DNA from: an uncultured Acidobacteriota bacterium
GTDB lineage: Bacteria; Acidobacteriota; Thermoanaerobaculia; Multivoradales; JAHEKO01
Direction of reading: 5' to 3'
DNA: 64,000 nt
NCBI GenBank assembly: GCA_963713825.1
Contig: CAVQNG010000025.1
Coordinates: 1-64,000, forward strand
The translations under genes and the position numbers were made by a program. Below the pieces are notes generated by a model that was not told where the DNA came from, did not search any database, and saw only the letters and a program-made list of their open reading frames with translations. Shown one piece after another: positions 44,586 through 54,001 of this stretch (position 1 is its first letter; each line of letters begins with the position of its first letter).

Positions 44586-46658
44586 ATGCAGGCGCTCTGG
44601 CTGATTCCGCTCTTGCCCTTCTTGGGGGCCTTTCTCAATGGTGTGGTCCTCAAGGACAGGGCTTCCAAGCCGCTGGTGACAAGCATCGCGGTCGGCAGTG
44701 TCGGGCTGACGACCGTTCTTGCACTGTTCTATGTGATCCCAAGCTACCTCCGGAGCGCCGAGTATGCCGCCGGACATGGCTTCGAGCAGGTGCTTTGGGT
44801 CTGGCTACCAGCCGGAATCCTCAAGCTCACAAGCGGCGTGTTTGCGGAGCTCACCATCGACTTCGCCTTCCTTCTGGATCCGCTTTCCGCAGTCATGCTG
44901 TTCGTGGTTACCTTCGTGGGCTTCTGGATTCATGTCTACTCGATCGGGTACATGGGACACGAGGAGGGGTATCAGAGGTATTTCAGCTATCTGAACCTCT
45001 TCATGGGGGCAATGCTGCTGCTGGTGATGGGCAACAACTTCCTGGTCATGTTCATTGGCTGGGAAGGCGTCGGTCTCTGTTCCTATTTGCTCATCGGCTT
45101 CTATTATCGGCAGGACTTTCCTCCTTACGCTGGGCGTAAGGCCTTTATTGTCAATCGGATAGGTGACGCTGGTTTTCTCATGGCACTGTTTGCCCTGGCG
45201 TCGACCTTCGGCAGCTTGCGCTACACCGAGATCTTCTCCCAGGCGGCCCACGATCCCTCCCTTCTCGAGTCGCCGTTTGTCATGGGATTGACGCTGGCGA
45301 GCTTCGTCGCCCTCTTCCTCTTTGTCGGAGCGACGGGTAAGAGCGCGCAGATCCCGCTCTATGTCTGGTTGCCCGATGCGATGGCGGGCCCGACGCCGGT
45401 CTCGGCCCTGATCCACGCCGCCACGATGGTGACGGCAGGCGTCTACATGGTCGCCAGGGCCAATCTCGTTTATCAGCTGGCCCCAGGCATCTCTGGAATC
45501 GTGGCTGGGGTGGGCTGCTTGACGGCCGTCTTCGCTGCCACGATCGCGTTGGCTCAAACCGACATCAAGAAGGTTCTGGCCTATTCCACGGTTTCACAGT
45601 TGGGCTACATGTTCCTGGCTGCAGGTGTAGGGGCTTATTCGGTGGCGGTGTTCCACCTCATGACCCACGCTTTCTTCAAGGGTCTGCTCTTCCTGGGATC
45701 CGGCTCGGTGATCCACGCTGTCGGTGGGGAGCAGGACATGCGTCGCATGGGTGGACTGCGGCAGAAGCTGCCCGTGACCTATTGGACGTTTGTTGTCGGC
45801 ACAATGGCGATCGCCGGAGTGCCTTTGCTAGCCGGATTCTTCAGCAAGGACCAGATCCTGGCGGCAGCGTTCGAGGGCCACAAGATTCTATGGGGCGTTG
45901 GTTTGGCTACGGCCGGGCTGACGGCCTTCTATATGTTTCGCCTCCTGTATATGACCTTTCATGGTGAGTTCAGAGGCACGCAAGAGGAGTGGGACCACGT
46001 TCACGAGTCGCCACCCGTGATGACGATTCCGTTGACGGTGCTGGCGATTGGCGCTGTGGTCTCGGGCTGGGTCGGCATTCCCCGTCTAGGGGAGTTGGAT
46101 TGGAACTGGTTCGGTCACTTCCTGGAGCCAGTGGTCCATGCCGTGGGTGGGCATGGCGAGGCACATCACGCCAGCCTGGGCCTCGAGCTCTTCCTGATGG
46201 CACTTTCGGTGGCGGTCGCGGGCGTTGGCATTTTCGTCGCCTGGCGCACCTACGGTGGCTCCATAGGGTTGGCGGGAGGGGCGTGGTGGGCAGAACGATT
46301 CCCCGCCCTGCATCGCCTGCTGCTCAACAAGTACTACGTCGACGAGTTCTACGATCGAACGGTGGTGCGAGGCACGTGGACTACGGCTCGAAACCTGTTT
46401 CGGTTCGATGCCGGATTCATCGATGGCTTTCTGGTCAACGGCTCGCGCCACGTGACCGTTGCCGCTGCCTACTTGTCGGGCTTTTTCGACAAGTACGTCG
46501 TCGATGGGTTGGTGAACTTCACAGGTTGGTTCTTGCAGCTCAGCTCTAGAGTCTTTCGTCGTTTGCAGACCGGAGTGGTCTCCCAATACGCCATGGTGAT
46601 TGCGGTGGGAATGTTCGTTCTGGTCTTCTTCTATGTCGTGGTGGCGCTGCAGAGCTAG
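44586..46658 (+). CDS. nuoL: NADH-quinone oxidoreductase subunit L
   Basis: 'GWEGVGLCSY', 'WLPDAMAGPTPVSALIHAATMV', 'THAFFK'. Confidence 0.96.
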   Translation: MQALWLIPLLPFLGAFLNGVVLKDRASKPLVTSIAVGSVGLTTVLALFYVIPSYLRSAEYAAGHGFEQVLWVWLPAGILKLTSGVFAELTIDFAFLLDPLSAVMLFVVTFVGFWIHVYSIGYMGHEEGYQRYFSYLNLFMGAMLLLVMGNNFLVMFIGWEGVGLCSYLLIGFYYRQDFPPYAGRKAFIVNRIGDAGFLMALFALASTFGSLRYTEIFSQAAHDPSLLESPFVMGLTLASFVALFLFVGATGKSAQIPLYVWLPDAMAGPTPVSALIHAATMVTAGVYMVARANLVYQLAPGISGIVAGVGCLTAVFAATIALAQTDIKKVLAYSTVSQLGYMFLAAGVGAYSVAVFHLMTHAFFKGLLFLGSGSVIHAVGGEQDMRRMGGLRQKLPVTYWTFVVGTMAIAGVPLLAGFFSKDQILAAAFEGHKILWGVGLATAGLTAFYMFRLLYMTFHGEFRGTQEEWDHVHESPPVMTIPLTVLAIGAVVSGWVGIPRLGELDWNWFGHFLEPVVHAVGGHGEAHHASLGLELFLMALSVAVAGVGIFVAWRTYGGSIGLAGGAWWAERFPALHRLLLNKYYVDEFYDRTVVRGTWTTARNLFRFDAGFIDGFLVNGSRHVTVAAAYLSGFFDKYVVDGLVNFTGWFLQLSSRVFRRLQTGVVSQYAMVIAVGMFVLVFFYVVVALQS

Positions 46659-46676
46659 GTGAAACGAGGGTAAGTC

Positions 46677-48275
46677 ATGTTCGACTGGGTGCTTCAAGTT
46701 CCGATTCTCAGCATCATCTGCTACCTACCCCTGGCAGGAGCGGTGATCATCATGTTGTTCATGCGAGGCACCAACAATCTCGCGATCCAGCGCTTCGCCA
46801 CCTTGGTGGTCGCCATCGACTTCCTGGTGTCGGTGCCGCTCTGGTTCACCTTCGACCGTCAGGGCGAGCTGTTCCAGTTTCGGGAGAGCGCCAACTGGAT
46901 CGAGGCTGTGGGCGCGCGCTACGAGTTTGGTGTCGACGGCATCGCCGTCTTGTTGGTGCTGTTGACCACTTTCTTGGGTGTTGCCGCATTTCTCTCGTCC
47001 TGGAGCGCGATCCAGGTGAGGGAAAAGGAGTACTACATCTTCATGCTGCTCCTGCAGACCGGCATGCTGGGCGTCTTCATGGCCATGGACTTCTTTCTGT
47101 TTTATGTCTTCTGGGAAGTCATGTTGGTGCCGATGTACTTCCTGATCGGAATCTGGGGTGGCCCACGGAGACTCTACGCGGCCATCAAGTTCTTCCTTTA
47201 CACGTTGGTCGGTTCGGTGCTCATGCTGCTCGGTATCCTGGCGTTGTACTTCTACAACAGCACCGGCCTGCTGGGCTGGGGAGGCCTGGGTAATGCCCGC
47301 AGCTTCTTCATTCCCCAGTTCCACGAGATCTCGGCGCAGATTCCGCCCGATCTCCAGTTCTGGATCTTCCTCGTGTTCTTTGTCGGCTTCGCCATCAAGG
47401 TGCCGATGTTCCCATTCCATACGTGGCTGCCCGACGCTCACGTCGAAGCTCCGACGGCCGGCTCGGTCATTCTGGCTGGCGTCTTGTTGAAAATGGGGAC
47501 CTACGGCTTTGTTCGTTTCTCTCTGCCGATCCTGCCGGACGCAACCATGAAATTGCTGCCTTGGATGGCGGGGTTGTCCATCGTTGGGATCTTGTACGGT
47601 GCCCTTGTCGCCATGGCTCAGAAGGACATGAAGAAACTAGTGGCCTACTCCTCGGTGAGTCATTTGGGCTTCGTGATGCTGGGGATCTTCGCTCTCAATA
47701 CGGCGGGCCTCAATGGTGGCGTGCTGCAGATGATCAACCACGGGCTGTCCACGGGCGCACTCTTCCTCCTGGTCGGGATCATCTACGAGAGACGGCATAC
47801 GCGAATGATCGCGGACTATGGCGGGATCTCTTCCGAGATGCCAGTTTTTGCGACGATCTTCATGGTCATCACGCTGTCCTCCATCGGTCTGCCGACGCTC
47901 AACGGCTTCATCGGCGAGTTCACCATTCTGGTCGGTGCCTTCAATCGGACTTGGTGGTGGGCCTTGTTGGCCGTCCTGGGAATCGTGCTGGGAGCTGCAT
48001 ACATGCTGTGGATGTACCAGCGGGTCTTCTTCGGACCGCTCAAGAACCCCGAGAACAAGGGGCTCGCCGATCTCAACGGTCGAGAGCTCGCCTACTTGCT
48101 GCCGATCGTCGTGATGTGCTTCTGGATCGGTCTGTACCCGAAGCCTTTCTTCGAGATCATGGAGAAACCTGTCGAGTACATCGTGCAGAAGGTCGATCCC
48201 GAATACGCCGCGATGGTGGCGAGCGACGGTGCGTCATCCGTCGACGTGGATTTGGTAGCCGAGGTCGAGGACTAA
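46677..48275 (+). CDS. nuoM: NADH-quinone oxidoreductase subunit M
   Basis: 'FWEVMLVPMY', 'HTWLPDAHVEAPT', 'YSSVSH'. Confidence 0.96.
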   Translation: MFDWVLQVPILSIICYLPLAGAVIIMLFMRGTNNLAIQRFATLVVAIDFLVSVPLWFTFDRQGELFQFRESANWIEAVGARYEFGVDGIAVLLVLLTTFLGVAAFLSSWSAIQVREKEYYIFMLLLQTGMLGVFMAMDFFLFYVFWEVMLVPMYFLIGIWGGPRRLYAAIKFFLYTLVGSVLMLLGILALYFYNSTGLLGWGGLGNARSFFIPQFHEISAQIPPDLQFWIFLVFFVGFAIKVPMFPFHTWLPDAHVEAPTAGSVILAGVLLKMGTYGFVRFSLPILPDATMKLLPWMAGLSIVGILYGALVAMAQKDMKKLVAYSSVSHLGFVMLGIFALNTAGLNGGVLQMINHGLSTGALFLLVGIIYERRHTRMIADYGGISSEMPVFATIFMVITLSSIGLPTLNGFIGEFTILVGAFNRTWWWALLAVLGIVLGAAYMLWMYQRVFFGPLKNPENKGLADLNGRELAYLLPIVVMCFWIGLYPKPFFEIMEKPVEYIVQKVDPEYAAMVASDGASSVDVDLVAEVED

Positions 48276-48279
48276 CTCG

Positions 48280-49752
48280 ATGACGGCCATAGCACCCCAG
48301 GAGTTCTGGCTGCTTCTACCAGAGATTGTGTTGGCAATCTTCGGCATGGCCTTGTTGATTGCCGGAACCGTGGGTCGTGGAATCAGCAGTCGGATGGCCG
48401 CCATGGGCTCGCTAGTCGGCCTGGGTGCGGCAACGATCCTAGTGGTCTGGACGCAGGGACAGGCGACGATGGGAGCCCCAATCCTGGCTGGCATGTTCGT
48501 GCTGGATAGCTACGCTCTCTACTGGAAAATTCTCTTTCTGATCGCCACCGCGCTGACGGTGTTCCTGTCCGTCAAGTTCATCGAGGAGGGCGGCTATCGG
48601 GCCGGCGAGTACTACTCGCTCCTGCTGCTTGCCACGACCGGAATGATGCTGATGGTCAGTGGCTTCAACCTCTTGTCGATCTGGATCTCACTCGAGTTGA
48701 TGGCACTATCGAGCTACATTCTGGCCGGGTACTTCAAGTACGAGCGGCGCTCGAACGAGGCGTCTCTCAAATATTTCGTCCTGGGAGCGCTGTCGAGCGG
48801 CATCTTGCTCTACGGAATCTCGCTCCTCTACGGAGCGACCAATACCCTGGCTCTCCCGGAGCTCTCGAGGAGCCTGTCAACAGCCGTTCTGAACGGCGAT
48901 CTTCTGTCGGCGGTGGGTTGGGTCCTTCTAGCGGTCGGCTTGTTCTTCAAGGTCTCGGCGGCGCCGTTCCATGTCTGGACGCCAGACGTCTACGTTGGCG
49001 CGCCCACACCGGTTACCGGCTATCTGGCTGTGGCCTCCAAGGCCGCATCGTTCGCCATTCTGGTGCGAATCTTCTATCAGGGTTTAGCACCGTTGGTCAT
49101 CGACTGGCAGATCGTCGTCGCGGCGGTAGCGACCTTGTCGATGATCTGGGGCAATATCGCGGCCCTGACCCAGACGAACGTCAAGCGAATGCTGGCCTAC
49201 AGCTCCATTGCCCACGCTGGCTACATCTTGATCGGAGTTTTGGCGGCGAGCGAGACCGGACTCTGGGCACTGATGTTCTACATTCTGGCCTACAGTTTCT
49301 TCACACTGGGCGCCTTTGGCACGGTGGTTCTCTTGGAACGACGCGAATACGCCGGCGAAACGTTGTCCGACTATGCCGGTTTGGCCCGTCGGGCTCCTTT
49401 TTTGGCAGCCTGCATGCTGATCTTCCTGCTCGCCTTGACGGGCCTACCTCCCACCGGAGGGTTTTTCGGCAAATTCTATCTCTTCGCCGCGGCCGTCGAA
49501 GCTGGGTGGACGTGGGTGGCCCTGATCGGAGTCCTGACCAGTGCCATTTCGCTTTACTACTACATGGCTGTGGTGGTTCAGATGTACTTCAAGGACGCCG
49601 AAGAGACCTCGCCGATTCCCCTGCGCGCTCCCGGTTTGGTGGTGGCGATCGGCTTCTGTGCCGTGGTGACGGTGATCCTCGGCCTTCTGCCAGGCATCTT
49701 CGTCGATCTGGCGAAGTCGAGCATCCTGCCGCTGGCCTGGAATCTGCTCTGA
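48280..49752 (+). CDS. nuoN: NADH-quinone oxidoreductase subunit N
   Basis: 'EASLKYF', 'PFHVWTPDVY.GAP', 'KRMLAYSSIAHAG'. Confidence 0.96.
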   Translation: MTAIAPQEFWLLLPEIVLAIFGMALLIAGTVGRGISSRMAAMGSLVGLGAATILVVWTQGQATMGAPILAGMFVLDSYALYWKILFLIATALTVFLSVKFIEEGGYRAGEYYSLLLLATTGMMLMVSGFNLLSIWISLELMALSSYILAGYFKYERRSNEASLKYFVLGALSSGILLYGISLLYGATNTLALPELSRSLSTAVLNGDLLSAVGWVLLAVGLFFKVSAAPFHVWTPDVYVGAPTPVTGYLAVASKAASFAILVRIFYQGLAPLVIDWQIVVAAVATLSMIWGNIAALTQTNVKRMLAYSSIAHAGYILIGVLAASETGLWALMFYILAYSFFTLGAFGTVVLLERREYAGETLSDYAGLARRAPFLAACMLIFLLALTGLPPTGGFFGKFYLFAAAVEAGWTWVALIGVLTSAISLYYYMAVVVQMYFKDAEETSPIPLRAPGLVVAIGFCAVVTVILGLLPGIFVDLAKSSILPLAWNLL

Positions 49753-49845
49753 CAACACCCCTCTGAGAGTCCGAAGATAGGTCGGCCGATCTGGGTCGGT
49801 CGGTTTGCGGCGGATTTGCGCCTCTTGGGTTTCGGGCTAAACTAC

Positions 49846-49860
49846 TGGCACGGTCCATGC
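49846..49860 (+). promoter_or_regulatory. Putative sigma54 promoter upstream of the ECF sigma factor
   Basis: TGGCACGGTCCATGC: perfect -24 box, GG-N10-GC spacing. Confidence 0.55.
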
Positions 49861-49902
49861 GTAGATCAGGGGTGGACAGTTTCGAGTCTGTGAGAGACAG
49901 AG

Positions 49903-50538
49903 ATGTCGGCTGAGAGCACGAGTCAACAGCGAGGCTGGAATTTCGAGGCAGCGGCGATGCCCTTCGTCGATGCTCTCTACAACACCGCCTATCGGATGAC
50001 TCGCAACGCCCAAGATGCCGAGGACCTGGTCCAAGAGACGTACCTCAAGGCCTATCGCTACTACGACAAGTTCGAGGAAGGCACCAATTTCAAGGCGTGG
50101 TTGTTCAAGATTCTGAAGAACACCTTCATCAACAACTATCGCAAGAAGCAGAAAACCCCGCCGCAGAGTGATTTCGCGGAGATCGAGGATGCCTTCGAGA
50201 GCCGGCTGAGCTCGGATGTCGCGGGTCAGATGAAGAGTCCCGAGGAGGAGATTCTCGAGGACGTTCTGGACGAGGATGTCCAGCGGGCACTGGACGATTT
50301 GCCACCCGACTACCGAATGGCGGTACTCCTCGCCGATCTCGAGGGTTTTTCCTACAAGGAGATCGCCGACATTCTGGAATTGCCGCTTGGTACGGTCATG
50401 AGCCGGCTGTATCGGGGGCGCAAGCTTCTGGAGTCGGCGATGCTCACCTATGCCAAGGAGCACGGCTATCTGAGATCCGGTGAGCCCTCCAAGATGCGTA
50501 GCAGCGAATTGAGTGAAGGCTCGAAGGAGCAGAAGTGA
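49903..50538 (+). CDS. ECF sigma-70 factor (SigR/SigH-like)
   Basis: 'DAEDLVQETYLKAY', 'GTNFKAWL..I..N.FIN.YRK', 'SYKEIA.....P.GTVMSRL.RGR'. Confidence 0.93.
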   Translation: MSAESTSQQRGWNFEAAAMPFVDALYNTAYRMTRNAQDAEDLVQETYLKAYRYYDKFEEGTNFKAWLFKILKNTFINNYRKKQKTPPQSDFAEIEDAFESRLSSDVAGQMKSPEEEILEDVLDEDVQRALDDLPPDYRMAVLLADLEGFSYKEIADILELPLGTVMSRLYRGRKLLESAMLTYAKEHGYLRSGEPSKMRSSELSEGSKEQK

Positions 50539-50641
50539 GCCATCCTCGAGGAATATCGCCGGCAGGAGGACAGTTAGAGAGAGAGAGGCCTGTCAGAGGC
50601 GGCTTGCGGGTTGGTTGTGTGCAGGACCTCGAGGTGCGGAG

Positions 50642-50884
50642 ATGAATTGCAGCAGGGTCAGAGAGGTCATCTTCCTCTACGCCGACAACGAGTTGGGTGA
50701 GGAGCTTCTGGTATCGGTCCAGGAGCACGTAGTTCTGTGCCCTCAGTGCGCCCGAAGAATCGAGTACACGCGTCGGCTCCTGACGGTCGTACGCCAGGGC
50801 TGCACGCGGACGAGAGCGCCGGAGCGACTCAGGAAGAGGATTCTGACCAGTCTGCGCCATCCCGAAGTGGAATGGGAAGGTTGA
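50642..50884 (+). CDS. Zinc-binding anti-sigma factor (ZAS, zf-HC2; RsrA-like)
   Basis: 'MNC...', 'HVVLCPQC' (HxxxCxxC), 'APERLRKRI'. Confidence 0.85.
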   Translation: MNCSRVREVIFLYADNELGEELLVSVQEHVVLCPQCARRIEYTRRLLTVVRQGCTRTRAPERLRKRILTSLRHPEVEWEG

Positions 50885-50906
50885 CCCTCGGTCGAGGACG
50901 ATTGTC

Positions 50907-51413
50907 ATGCAGATCTCCAAGGAAGCCATCGAGACAGTGAGTCGAGAGTCAGGGCGGTTCGTCACGGCATTGGCAATTGTCACGCTCATGCTGGGAGCTC
51001 TGGCGGCGCCACCAGCTTCTGGGCAGGGCCGCGGCTACACCCTGCAGGGGCTTTCTGGTGGTCAGCTCCAACAGGGAGACCTCGATCAAGGAGCCGTCAT
51101 CGTTGTCGTTTGGGCTTCGTGGTCACCGCGGGGCAGAGACATCGTGCCGAGAGTCGACAGCATTGCAGATCGCTGGGGCGGTCAGGCGCGGGTGATCATG
51201 GTGAATTTTCAAGAGGACGCGGCAGCCGTCGAGAGCTTTCTTCGTGGTCAGCGGACGAAGGCTCCGATCTACCTGGATCGCGATGGTGCCTTCTCCAAGA
51301 AATACTCGGTGACGCATTTGCCAGGACTCCTGATCTTCAAGGACGGAGTCACCGCATTCTCCGGCAAGTTGCCCAAAGATCCTGATTCTCTGATTGCTCA
51401 GAGCCTGGGTTGA
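50907..51413 (+). CDS. Exported TlpA/thioredoxin-fold protein lacking CxxC
   Basis: 'WASWSPRG' in place of WASWCxxC; 'Y.V..LP'; no Cys in the protein. Confidence 0.8.
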   Translation: MQISKEAIETVSRESGRFVTALAIVTLMLGALAAPPASGQGRGYTLQGLSGGQLQQGDLDQGAVIVVVWASWSPRGRDIVPRVDSIADRWGGQARVIMVNFQEDAAAVESFLRGQRTKAPIYLDRDGAFSKKYSVTHLPGLLIFKDGVTAFSGKLPKDPDSLIAQSLG

Positions 51414-51445
51414 GAACCAGTCTTTACAGACGAGGAAGAGTCAAC

Positions 51446-52795
51446 GTGAAGCGCAGCTGGATTCGCCTGGGCGTTCTGAGCCTGTTGGTCGCGTTGGCGG
51501 CGGGCCTGTATCTGGCGACGCGCAGCCTCGAGGCATTGCTGGCCGCGCCCCCCAAGCTCCTTCCAACCCAGGCCTATTCTCCCGAGCTCGTGGCCCATCC
51601 CCTTTGGGCGACGCGTGTAGATGGTGGGCTGGGGCGGCAGCACCTGCCGGTGGAGTTCGCATTTCGAAGGGGTGAAACGCTCAGTGAAGCTCTGGGTGCC
51701 TTGGGTTTCGAGCCGCAGGCTGCCGGGATGTTGGCAGAGGAGGTGGGGAAGCATGTCGACCTCCGCCGACTGCGCCCCGAAGATAGTTATGCGGCCATGG
51801 TGAACGCCGATTCCGGACTCGACGGATTCCGATTGACGCTGAACGGCAAGGGCCAGGTCTCTGCCTGGGAGCAGGACGGGCAATGGCGAAGCGAGTGGCA
51901 GCCGTTCGTCGAGACGACGACGGTGAAAGCGATCAAGGGCGAGCTCGATGATTTTCTGGAGACTTCCATTGGCAGGGCCGGGGGTCACCCGACCGTGGCC
52001 TATGTGATGGCCGACGTGCTGCAGTGGGATCTCGACTTCAACCGCGATCTGAAACTCGGTGATCGGTTCGAGCTCCTGTATGAAGAGGTCTACCTGGATG
52101 GCAAGTTCCATCGGGTGGGAAGTATTCTGACGCTCACCTACGAGAATGGGGGAAAGATCCTCGAGGCCTATCGATTCGGGGAAGATGGCGGGTACTACGA
52201 TTCTGAGGGCCGTCCTCTTCAGAAACTCTTCTTGCGATCACCCTTGCGCTTTTCCCGCATCACTTCCCGGTTCACGGGCCGTCGGTTCCATCCTGTTCTC
52301 AAGACCTACCGGCCCCACTACGGCGTCGACTACGGTGCCCCGACCGGAACCCCCGTGCGAGTCACGGCCAATGGGGTCGTGCGGTTTGCGGGATGGGATC
52401 GGGGAGGCGGCAAGACCGTCAAGGTGCGCCACCCCAATGGCTACCTGACCGCCTACCTGCACCTGTCGAGATTCGCCGGCGGCGTTGGTGTTGGTCGCCG
52501 GGTGTCACAAGGAGAGGTGATCGGCTACGTAGGATCGACTGGCCTGGCGACGGGACCACATCTGGACTATCGGATTCAGCGTGACGGGCGCTGGATCAAC
52601 CCGCTGACCCTGGACAACGAACCTGCCGCGCCGATCTCCGAGGAGCAGCTGCCGGACTTTCTTGCCTGGCGAGACGAGCTTCGATTGGCCCTGGAGGACG
52701 GGCGCAGCCCATTTGTGCCGGATGACTCGGCCGATGATCTTCTCGCGAGGGCCGACGATCCCGACTCATTCCATGCCTCAGCACCCGGTAAGTAG
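51446..52795 (+). CDS. M23 peptidoglycan DD-endopeptidase (MepM/OapA-like)
   Basis: 'HYGVDYGAP.GTP', 'YLHLS', 'STG.ATGPHLDY'. Confidence 0.92.
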   Translation: MKRSWIRLGVLSLLVALAAGLYLATRSLEALLAAPPKLLPTQAYSPELVAHPLWATRVDGGLGRQHLPVEFAFRRGETLSEALGALGFEPQAAGMLAEEVGKHVDLRRLRPEDSYAAMVNADSGLDGFRLTLNGKGQVSAWEQDGQWRSEWQPFVETTTVKAIKGELDDFLETSIGRAGGHPTVAYVMADVLQWDLDFNRDLKLGDRFELLYEEVYLDGKFHRVGSILTLTYENGGKILEAYRFGEDGGYYDSEGRPLQKLFLRSPLRFSRITSRFTGRRFHPVLKTYRPHYGVDYGAPTGTPVRVTANGVVRFAGWDRGGGKTVKVRHPNGYLTAYLHLSRFAGGVGVGRRVSQGEVIGYVGSTGLATGPHLDYRIQRDGRWINPLTLDNEPAAPISEEQLPDFLAWRDELRLALEDGRSPFVPDDSADDLLARADDPDSFHASAPGK

Positions 52796-53780
52796 GGTCC
52801 GAGCCAGAGCCTGGTGCAGGATCGACCTGGCGGGTGGTACGCTCGATCTCTGGCCTCTCGGCCTGCTCCACCCTGGATCGCGGACCGTCAACCTGGCTAT
52901 CGACCTGCCGGTCGTGGTCGACCTCTCTCTGGCGGAAAAGAGCTATCGAGTCCGGCAGGGAGATTCGGAAGTAGTGGTCGATTCCGCCCGGGAGCTGGCC
53001 GCGACCGATCAAGGAGCCCTGGTCGGCCAGATCGCACTGGACGTCGGGCTGCCGCCTGTGACCATAGAGATCGACAGCGCCTCACCTCTAGGTGGTGGCC
53101 TGGGAGCCAGTTCGGCTCTCACCGTAGCGATCCTGTCAGCAGCTGAGGCCCTCGTGGGCGACGACCCCTCCTCGGCAACCCAGCTCGCCAGAAAGGCCAG
53201 GGACATCGAGGCGCGACTCATGAGTCTGCCAACCGGTGTTCAAGACCACTATCCTGCCCTCCTCGGAGGTGCTCTGGAAATCGAGTACCGGCCGGGTGGA
53301 GAGAGAGTTCGCAATCTCGGAGTGGATCTCGAGGCGTTCGGCGATAGCGTGGTAGTGGCCTACACGGGGCGGAGTCATTTTTCGGCTGGCAACAACTGGC
53401 GCATCGTTCGAAGACGGCTGGATGGCGACCCGGGGATCATCGAGCTCTTCGATGGCATTCGAGATACAGCGCGACAGGTCCCACAGGCCCTGGAGGAGGG
53501 CGACTGGGAATTGGCAGGCAAGCTGGTGGCGCAGGAATGGGGTTTTCGCAGCCGGCTGGCTGAAGGGATTTCGACGTCCGAAATCGAGGACTTGCTCGCT
53601 GCAGCTGAACGGGAAGGGGCCTGGGGTGGCAAGGCCTGTGGAGCGGGTGGAGGCGGCTGCCTTGTGATCCTCTGCCCCGCCGCAAGGCGTCGCAGGATCG
53701 CCGAGGTCTTGGCAGCGTCGGGAGCTCGAGTTCTGCCTGCCAGGCCGGTGGCCGGCGGTTTGGAAGTCGTCCCGTCTTGA
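52773..53780 (+). CDS. GHMP kinase, HddA-like (heptose-7-phosphate kinase)
   Basis: 'RIDLAGGTLD', 'P.GGGLGASSA', 'G.QD.Y', 'GGK.CGAGGGG'. Confidence 0.8.
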   Translation: MPQHPVSRVRARAWCRIDLAGGTLDLWPLGLLHPGSRTVNLAIDLPVVVDLSLAEKSYRVRQGDSEVVVDSARELAATDQGALVGQIALDVGLPPVTIEIDSASPLGGGLGASSALTVAILSAAEALVGDDPSSATQLARKARDIEARLMSLPTGVQDHYPALLGGALEIEYRPGGERVRNLGVDLEAFGDSVVVAYTGRSHFSAGNNWRIVRRRLDGDPGIIELFDGIRDTARQVPQALEEGDWELAGKLVAQEWGFRSRLAEGISTSEIEDLLAAAEREGAWGGKACGAGGGGCLVILCPAARRRRIAEVLAASGARVLPARPVAGGLEVVPS

Positions 53781-53881
53781 TTCGATTCCCGCTGGCCTGT
53801 GGAGGGGACGGCGGGGGCCACCAGCGACCTGTTTTGGGTCATCTTCTTCAGTTCGAGCCTTTACTTGTTGCTCTTCTTGCC

Positions 53882-53897
53882 TGGCCTGGAGCTTGCA
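53882..53897 (+). promoter_or_regulatory. Putative sigma54 promoter upstream of the PEGA protein
   Basis: TGGCCTGGAGCTTGCA: TGGC-N7-TTGCA with exact spacing in an intergenic region. Confidence 0.55.
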
Positions 53898-54001
53898 ATC
53901 TGGTATCGAGAAGACACGATTCCGGACCCGCACCTCGGCGGTCGTGAGAGTCAGATAGCCCGGAAATCCCCGGTGGGCCCGGAAGCGAGAGGAGGCCGGC
54001 C

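Noticed and set aside
51110-51140. Selenocysteine at the TlpA active site
   Set aside because: The codon is TCA (Ser), not TGA, and the frame is open
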